This document shows, piece by piece, positions 58,259-64,000 of a DNA stretch of 64,000 bases (positions are counted from its first letter, which is position 1; each line of letters starts with the position of its first letter). Source of the DNA: Candidatus Multivoradales bacterium (GTDB lineage Bacteria; Acidobacteriota; Thermoanaerobaculia; Multivoradales; JAHEKO01). The position numbers and the translations under genes were made by a program. Where the stretch lies: the NCBI GenBank assembly GCA_965248055.1, contig CBDFIJ010000004.1:1024001-1088000 (forward strand), in the 5' to 3' direction. A model generated the notes under the pieces. That model ran no database searches, was not told the DNA's origin, and saw nothing but the letters and a program-made list of their open reading frames with translations.

Positions 58259-59830
58259 CTACTTCGCAGGCAGCGCAGGTCGCCAGCGGGTCACCAGTTC
58301 CGCTCCCCCGCCTTGACGATTGTTCGCTGCGACGCTACCCCCCAGACCCTCAACCACCGTGCGTACGATCGACAGCCCAAGACCGGTGTGGCGCTCCTGA
58401 TCTGGTTCGGCAGTCGGTCGATAGGAAAAGAACCGATCGAAAATCCTCGCTCGGTGTTCCTCGTCGATCCCCGGGCCCTCATCCCATACCGTCATCACCG
58501 GCGCCTGATCAACGGTCTCTAGGCGGACACCCACCAAGCCATCGTCTGGGGTCAGGCTCACCGCGTTGTCGATTAAGTTCTCCAACACCTGGGTTACTCG
58601 CTCGGGCGGCGCTTCAATCCAGCGCGGAGCCTTGTCGGTGCCATCGGTCACGATCTCTCGACCGTGGCGAATCTTGGCGCCCTCCACGGTCTTGGCAACC
58701 ACTTGGTTGAGATCGAGGACTTGCATCACTTCTTCGTCCATCCGCGCGTCGATCAGCGAAATCTCGCGCACCGCCGAAATCATGCTTCCCATCCGCGCCA
58801 CCTCGCGCTGAATCAGATCCAACAGCCGTTGACGATCTTGATCATCTTCGACTTCGCCCAGAAGCTCACTGGCGTTGCGCACCGACGCTAGGGGATTCTT
58901 GAGTTCGTGGGCAACATCGGTGGCAAACGACTCGACAAAATCGACATGGTGCCGCAGCCGGACAGTCAGGGTTTCCAACGCTCGGCTCAGGTCGCCGATC
59001 TCGTCGCCTCTCTGCAAACCGACAAACTGCCCTTTGAATCTGCCTCGATGGTCAACCAGATCACGCGCCTGTTGGCGCAGCCGTTCCAAGGGACGAACCA
59101 GAGACGACGCCAAAGCGGCACTGACCGCAGCCGCAACTGCAAGCGACAATAGAAACACGCCAAACACCTCCAACCGCACTTGATACAGAGCCGACAAAAT
59201 TCGCACTGTAGACTGCGAAGCGACCACTGCGCCAACGACTTCTCTCTGGCCATAGATCGGCAGCGCCGAGTACAGAGTCAACGACCGTTGACCACCAGCG
59301 GACGCCCGGGTTGCCGCTCCGTATCGACCTGCGAGTGCCTCGGAGACCTCCGGGGTACGCCAAGTCCCCGGTTCCGATCCCAACGCTGGTTCCGGGATCG
59401 TCTTGGGGCCAAATAGCGCCCTTTTGATCTCCACCGCCACCGTTCCTAGGCGATACAGTGGGCGGTCCCGAACGTCGGCATCGACCGAGTCCCCGTCGAG
59501 ACCAGTCGTCTGCGGCGGGACCAAAGATGCGGTGTCCGCCACCACCTTGCCTTTTCCATCGACAACTCTGAGACGCGCCTCGACGCGCCCCCCGAGTCGC
59601 ATCAAGAGAGCCTCGGCAACCTCCGCGTCCAAGATTTCTACTCCACCCAACGCGGCGGACGCCAACCGCGCTTGCTGCACCATCGATCGCTCCTGCAATT
59701 CCAAGAGGTACCTCTCGTAAGCCTCCAGCGATAGCGCACCGGCCAACGGGACGAACAACAACAGCGCGTTGAGCGCCAGTATCTTGCCCAGCAAGCGCCA
59801 GCCGCTACGCCCAGGAATCGACCTAATCAT
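58259..59830 (-). CDS. HAMP sensor histidine kinase (ChvG/CreC-like)
   Basis: Two TM helices, DEIGDL, DVAHELKNPL, ENLIDNA, DEGPG, GLGLSI. Confidence 0.93.
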   Translation of the reverse strand: MIRSIPGRSGWRLLGKILALNALLLFVPLAGALSLEAYERYLLELQERSMVQQARLASAALGGVEILDAEVAEALLMRLGGRVEARLRVVDGKGKVVADTASLVPPQTTGLDGDSVDADVRDRPLYRLGTVAVEIKRALFGPKTIPEPALGSEPGTWRTPEVSEALAGRYGAATRASAGGQRSLTLYSALPIYGQREVVGAVVASQSTVRILSALYQVRLEVFGVFLLSLAVAAAVSAALASSLVRPLERLRQQARDLVDHRGRFKGQFVGLQRGDEIGDLSRALETLTVRLRHHVDFVESFATDVAHELKNPLASVRNASELLGEVEDDQDRQRLLDLIQREVARMGSMISAVREISLIDARMDEEVMQVLDLNQVVAKTVEGAKIRHGREIVTDGTDKAPRWIEAPPERVTQVLENLIDNAVSLTPDDGLVGVRLETVDQAPVMTVWDEGPGIDEEHRARIFDRFFSYRPTAEPDQERHTGLGLSIVRTVVEGLGGSVAANNRQGGGAELVTRWRPALPAK

Positions 59831-59974
59831 CTTGCTTCGAGTGAGCCAGCGTCATATCAGCAGTGGGCCTTTCAACACGTCGAACCTAGCTATGGGCGCG
59901 CCAAATTCGGCCCACCGGTAAGCCAGAAATGCACTAGAAATCTGGGATCGAACGGTGCTATCGACGAACCCACC

Positions 59975-60682
59975 CTAGGCTTCACGATATCGATATCCGA
60001 GTCCGTGAACCGTCTCGATCGCGTCAAAAGCCTGATCCACCGCAGCAAACTTGTGCCGAATCCGTTTTATGTGGCTGTCAATCGTCCGCTCGCTGACGTA
60101 GACATCGTACGGATAGCCCTCTCGCATCAGTTGTTCGCGACTCTTCACGTGGCCCGGTCGACGCGCCATCGCCAGAAGCATCAGGAACTCCGTCACGGTC
60201 AACGAAACCGACTGCTGGCACCAATGCACGGTGTAGCGATCCAAATCCAACGCCAGGTCATCGACCTCGACCATACGTTCTGGCTCGGCCGGTGTGTCCG
60301 CCAAGCTTAGGCGCCGAAACAGCACCCTCACCCGAGCTTCCAACTCGCGCATCGAGAACGGCTTAACCAAGTAATCGTCGGCTCCCAGCTCAAGGCCCAG
60401 AACCTTATCCAGCTCATCATCCTTCGAGGTCAGAAACAGAATTGGCAACCGATCCGACTTTTGGCGCAAACGGCGGCACAACTCCAAGCCATCCATACGC
60501 GGCATCAAGATGTCCAGAATCGCGACGTCCGGCAACTTGTGCTCAAACACCTCCCAGGCGTCTTGCCCATCGGTGTATGCGTTGACCGTGTAGCCGCTGC
60601 GTTTCAACGCCAAGCCAACCGTCTCTCGAATACTCGGTTCGTCGTCCACCAACGCGACCGTGCCGTGACTGAGTGTGCTCAT
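59975..60682 (-). CDS. OmpR-family response regulator (ChvI-like)
   Basis: LVDDE, LDILMP, FLTSKD, LTVTEF, RPGHVKSREQLM, RTIDSHIKRIR.KF; AAGGAGG before ATG 60682. Confidence 0.93.
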   Translation of the reverse strand: MSTLSHGTVALVDDEPSIRETVGLALKRSGYTVNAYTDGQDAWEVFEHKLPDVAILDILMPRMDGLELCRRLRQKSDRLPILFLTSKDDELDKVLGLELGADDYLVKPFSMRELEARVRVLFRRLSLADTPAEPERMVEVDDLALDLDRYTVHWCQQSVSLTVTEFLMLLAMARRPGHVKSREQLMREGYPYDVYVSERTIDSHIKRIRHKFAAVDQAFDAIETVHGLGYRYREA

Positions 60683-60724
60683 GATCCTCCTTGCCTGCAT
60701 ATTTGAGACCGGACCACCGCGGTG

Positions 60725-60760
60725 GTCAAGGCTGCCGTCAAATTGCCACAACACGCTGCC
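60725..60760. promoter_or_regulatory. (C/T)TGCC direct repeats, 11-bp period, in divergent promoter
   Basis: CTGCC 60732, TTGCC 60743, CTGCC 60756. Confidence 0.4.
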
Positions 60761-60831
60761 AGTTTTTCTCCACCCAGTCACGTCGTTGACGCCCGCTGCT
60801 GTTGGAATGATTCCAACGAGCCGAATCCACC

Positions 60832-61548
60832 GTGTCTGCTCGACCCTTTCTCAATCGCCCCAACCCGATTTGGCCGAATCCCGTGTGGCCCTTCGGCCGG
60901 AATATTTTTGATCCTGCGGCGGTGGACACTCGTCCCTGGCGACGGGCGATCTACCTGTTGATCGTAACGGCCATATTGGCGGCTCCCTACGGGGCGGCAA
61001 TGGGTTCGTGGCACAGTGGCCGCTTGGCCTTCTATTCTGCGATCAAGCTGCCAATGCTCTTAATCGCTACTTGGATGCTGGTCTTTCCCTTCGGATGGAC
61101 CCTGAGCCGCATTGCAGGCTGGGTCGGTGGGACAGGGCCTCTTGCAGCCGCCTCGGCAGAAACGATTTTCGGAACTGGCCTCGCTCTCGCGGCTTTAACT
61201 CCCGTCAATCTTCTGTTTACTCATACTGGCCCACAGCGGGGGAACGTCGATCTGATTGAATACCACGCCCTCTATCTCACCCACCTATCCCTGGTTGCCA
61301 TTTGCGGATTGATCGCCTCTGCGAGGCTTGGACGTCTTTTGATCGCCAGTACAGACAGTGGACGGTTGGTCTACTGCGGCTGGGTTCTAGTGTTTGCCTT
61401 CGTCGCTGGGCAAACGTCTTGGGTTCTAAGACCCTTTATCGGCAACCCACTAGGTCACGCGACCTTGTTTCGCAGGGATGCGTTCGATGGCAACGCCTAC
61501 GAGATGATCTATTCGAGCGTACTTCCACGCCTGTTCTCGACCCATTAA
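60832..61548 (+). CDS. Multi-pass membrane protein (KLP...WxLRPF type)
   Basis: SAIKLPML, WVLRPFIG; ~5 TM segments. Confidence 0.75.
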   Translation: MSARPFLNRPNPIWPNPVWPFGRNIFDPAAVDTRPWRRAIYLLIVTAILAAPYGAAMGSWHSGRLAFYSAIKLPMLLIATWMLVFPFGWTLSRIAGWVGGTGPLAAASAETIFGTGLALAALTPVNLLFTHTGPQRGNVDLIEYHALYLTHLSLVAICGLIASARLGRLLIASTDSGRLVYCGWVLVFAFVAGQTSWVLRPFIGNPLGHATLFRRDAFDGNAYEMIYSSVLPRLFSTH

Positions 61549-61572
61549 TCAGCCACTTGTCTAGGAGATGAA

Positions 61573-62187
61573 ATGTCTAACACCGTCCATGAAAACAGCC
61601 TCTTTCAGCGCCCGCTAAGTGAAATCCTTCCCCTCAAGACCCTGTTCGGCTGGTGTTGCGGCTTTCTAGGATTCGGGTTCGCCTTGGGCACCTACGCCGG
61701 GATCGGCCATGCTTGGCTTGCAGCGATAGAACTGCCGCTGGTCGGCCTACTGTCGGTGGTCATCACGATTCCCACTTTGACGGTATTCACGGCACTTATC
61801 AGCGGAACCTACTCGCTACGCAGCACGGTATACCTGGCCCTTGTGACAACGGCGACAGTCGGCGCATTGCTTCTTGCCCTCGCGCCTGTCATGTGGCTGT
61901 TCGCGTCCTCCAGTTGGTTTCTCTCCTGGCCAGCCATGGTTGCAACGGCCCTCGGCTTAGCATCGCTGTTTGTCACGGGTTGGCGAATCTCTTCTCAACT
62001 CAGCGGAGGCAAATCCGCCTATCTTCTGTGGATCCTCTTGTTGGTTCCCGTGACACTGCAGATGGCGACCGCACTCCGCCCGATCGTGACCCCACAAGCC
62101 CCCTACGGTGAGGAACGGATCTTTTTCTTGGAACATTTTGGGCAACTCGCCCATTTTCGACTGCCAGCTTCTGCTTCAAGAAACTAG
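61573..62187 (+). CDS. Paralogous multi-pass membrane protein
   Basis: AIELPL, APVMWLF, QMATALRPIV, FFLEHF; AGGAG SD. Confidence 0.75.
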   Translation: MSNTVHENSLFQRPLSEILPLKTLFGWCCGFLGFGFALGTYAGIGHAWLAAIELPLVGLLSVVITIPTLTVFTALISGTYSLRSTVYLALVTTATVGALLLALAPVMWLFASSSWFLSWPAMVATALGLASLFVTGWRISSQLSGGKSAYLLWILLLVPVTLQMATALRPIVTPQAPYGEERIFFLEHFGQLAHFRLPASASRN

Positions 62188-62270
62188 GAATTGGGATCTC
62201 CAGAGGAGATCCGTGGAGCACAACAGAACCTGCCTCCCGAGAAGGGCTCAGGCAGATCCTCGCCCGATCG

Positions 62271-62642
62271 CTAAGCGCCGGCTTCTTGGGTGACGTCGTC
62301 CGCGTCGCTCCACATACCTTCAAGCCGGTAGTAGTCGCGCGCTTCGGGGTCGAAGATGTGTACCAAGAAATAGCCGTAATCAATCAGGATCCAAGTTCCC
62401 TGTTGGTAACCTTCGACCGCTAGAGGCTTACGTTTAACCGAACGTAACCGGTCCAACACCTCATCAGAGAGCGCCTGGACCTGCCGCCGATTGGTGCCGC
62501 TGCAAACGACAAAATGGTTGGTGAAATCACTGACTCGGCTGAGATCTAGAACCTTTAGGCTCTCACCCTTCTTGTCCGCCAGCGCTGCTACCGCCAATCG
62601 AAGTTCTTGGGGTAACGACGGTTGTTCTGGCTGCGGCTTCAT
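62271..62642 (-). CDS. rsfS: Ribosome silencing factor
   Basis: DKKG, FVVCSG..RQV, WILIDYG..VHIF...RDYYRLE. Confidence 0.95.
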   Translation of the reverse strand: MKPQPEQPSLPQELRLAVAALADKKGESLKVLDLSRVSDFTNHFVVCSGTNRRQVQALSDEVLDRLRSVKRKPLAVEGYQQGTWILIDYGYFLVHIFDPEARDYYRLEGMWSDADDVTQEAGA

Positions 62643-63232
62643 CGATAGAGGTTGTATTTGCTGGCGTACTCTAGCACCCGTGGGTGCAGACCGTGCGGGA
62701 ATTCTCCGAGCTCTATTTGGCTACGGATTCGGGTCGATGACAGGGTATTGAGTGGGTTGGCAACCCAGCGAATGCGGTTCTCTCCGGCCGCACTGACCGG
62801 CTCAGGAATCGAGCCCGGTTCGGGGCAGCCGACACAGGGTCGGCAAAGCACCCCGATCTCAAACCGCAAGAGGTCCTGCCATCGGCGCCAAGTCGTCAAT
62901 TGGGCCAGTGAGTCTCCGCCGATCAACAACACCCACTCGACTTCCGGCCTCGACTCCGCCAGGGACTCCATGGTGTCAATGGTATAGCTCGGTTGATCGA
63001 GTCGAAGCTCGCGCGGCGATGCCTGCGCCCAGTCCAAGTCGAGAAGGGCCAACTCTACCATCACGTAGCGTCGCCAAGCTGAGGCCATCCCCTCGGTCGC
63101 TTTGTGCGGTGGGACCGCGGTGGGTACAAACATCACTTGGTCCAGCGCGAGATGACGACGAGCAAACTCCACCGTTTCCACATGCCCGTTGTGGACCGGG
63201 TCAAAGGTGCCGCCCAGTACGCCAACTCTCAT
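62639..63232 (-). CDS. nadD: Nicotinate-nucleotide adenylyltransferase
   Basis: GGTFDPVHNGH, PPHK, SYTIDT, SSTRIR. Confidence 0.96.
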   Translation of the reverse strand: MRVGVLGGTFDPVHNGHVETVEFARRHLALDQVMFVPTAVPPHKATEGMASAWRRYVMVELALLDLDWAQASPRELRLDQPSYTIDTMESLAESRPEVEWVLLIGGDSLAQLTTWRRWQDLLRFEIGVLCRPCVGCPEPGSIPEPVSAAGENRIRWVANPLNTLSSTRIRSQIELGEFPHGLHPRVLEYASKYNLYR

Positions 63233-63251
63233 TGCTTCGGTATCTCGGTTG

Positions 63252-64000
63252 TCACTCGTCAGCCACCCGGTTGTCTTGCGTCTGCCTCAGAGTATCGGCA
63301 ACCCAGGTCAACATGTGATCCAGTCCGTCCCCGGAAACCCCACTCACTTCCAAAACCGGAAGCTGACGCTGTTTGGCCGCCGTGGCCAATTCGCTACGAC
63401 GTTGCGCGTCGGCAACGTCCAACTTACTACCCACTAACAACCTTGGCCGATAAATCAAGTCTGGGTCAAAGGCCTCTAGTTCCCCTTCGATCGCCTGCAG
63501 AGAATCTTCGACTGAGCTCTCCGAATCCGCCAACTCCACCAGGTGAATCAGAACTCGGCAGCGATCCACGTGGCGCAAGAATTGATGCCCCAACCCCGCT
63601 CCTTGGGCGGCTCCTGCAATTAGCCCAGGTAGGTCAGCAACCACGAATGGATCGTCGATCCCCTGCTCCACCACGCCCAACTGCGGCACCAGGGTGGTAA
63701 ATGGATAGTCGGCGACTTTGGGCCGCGCGGCGGAAATCCTAGAAATCAAGGTCGACTTGCCAGCATTGGGCAAGCCCACCAATCCAGCGTCGGCCAGCAG
63801 CTTCAACTCCAGTCGAAGACTGCGTTCTACGCCTTCTGCCCCTGGAGTGGAAAATCGAGGCGTCTGCCTCGTCGAGCTGGAAAATCGAGCATTGCCCTTT
63901 CCCCCGTGCCCTCCTTTGGCGCTCACAATGCGTTCACCGCTGGTGAAGATCTCGCCCAACAACTCCCCCGAATCGCGATCGTAGATCAAGGTTCCCAACG
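63252..64000 (-). CDS. obgE: GTPase ObgE (5' end outside window)
   Basis: GGHGGKGN, LELKLLAD, GLPNAGKST, YPFTTL, DLPG, FLRHVDR. Confidence 0.97.
   Translation of the reverse strand, partial: LGTLIYDRDSGELLGEIFTSGERIVSAKGGHGGKGNARFSSSTRQTPRFSTPGAEGVERSLRLELKLLADAGLVGLPNAGKSTLISRISAARPKVADYPFTTLVPQLGVVEQGIDDPFVVADLPGLIAGAAQGAGLGHQFLRHVDRCRVLIHLVELADSESSVEDSLQAIEGELEAFDPDLIYRPRLLVGSKLDVADAQRRSELATAAKQRQLPVLEVSGVSGDGLDHMLTWVADTLRQTQDNRVADE

Noticed and set aside
59975-60781. ORF-track extended starts (60781; likewise 52692, 54038, 54925, 57464, 31031, 12812)
   Set aside because: Extensions overlap neighbouring genes, repeats or promoters; internal starts matching the domain boundaries, most with SD motifs, fit better

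Overview
A GC-rich bacterial chromosomal segment; the gene set (futalosine mqnA/mqnC, dnaK-hspR, DnaC-like loader, tig-clpPX-lon-engB-rho) suggests Acidobacteriota, but that is inference. The left end holds the start of a sugar-phosphate-utilisation (SPU-type) bacterial microcompartment operon (rpiB-deoC-BMC-T). The shell gene is absent from the ORF track, and both enzymes carry N-terminal encapsulation-peptide-like helices; the RpiB one is only reachable from a CTG start. Core genes include dnaK/hspR, ggt, mazG, a nuclease-DinG helicase, a stand-alone Zn-free rpsD, mqnC, mqnA, rho, engB, lon, clpX, clpP, tig, tRNA-Leu, tRNA-Lys, thiS, a crotonase/thiolase cluster, a ChvGI-like two-component pair, rsfS, nadD and obgE. 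The most unusual signal recurs four times: an intact gene, then cargo gene(s), then an orphan diverged copy of that gene's own 3' end (AKR, mazG, astE-like, dinB-like). No integrase or transposase is present. Also present: an OLD-nuclease/KTSC island next to a scarred B3 metallo-beta-lactamase pseudogene, and roughly 4-5 kb of nested REP-like palindromic arrays from at least three families. No CRISPR array, prophage or intact IS was found.
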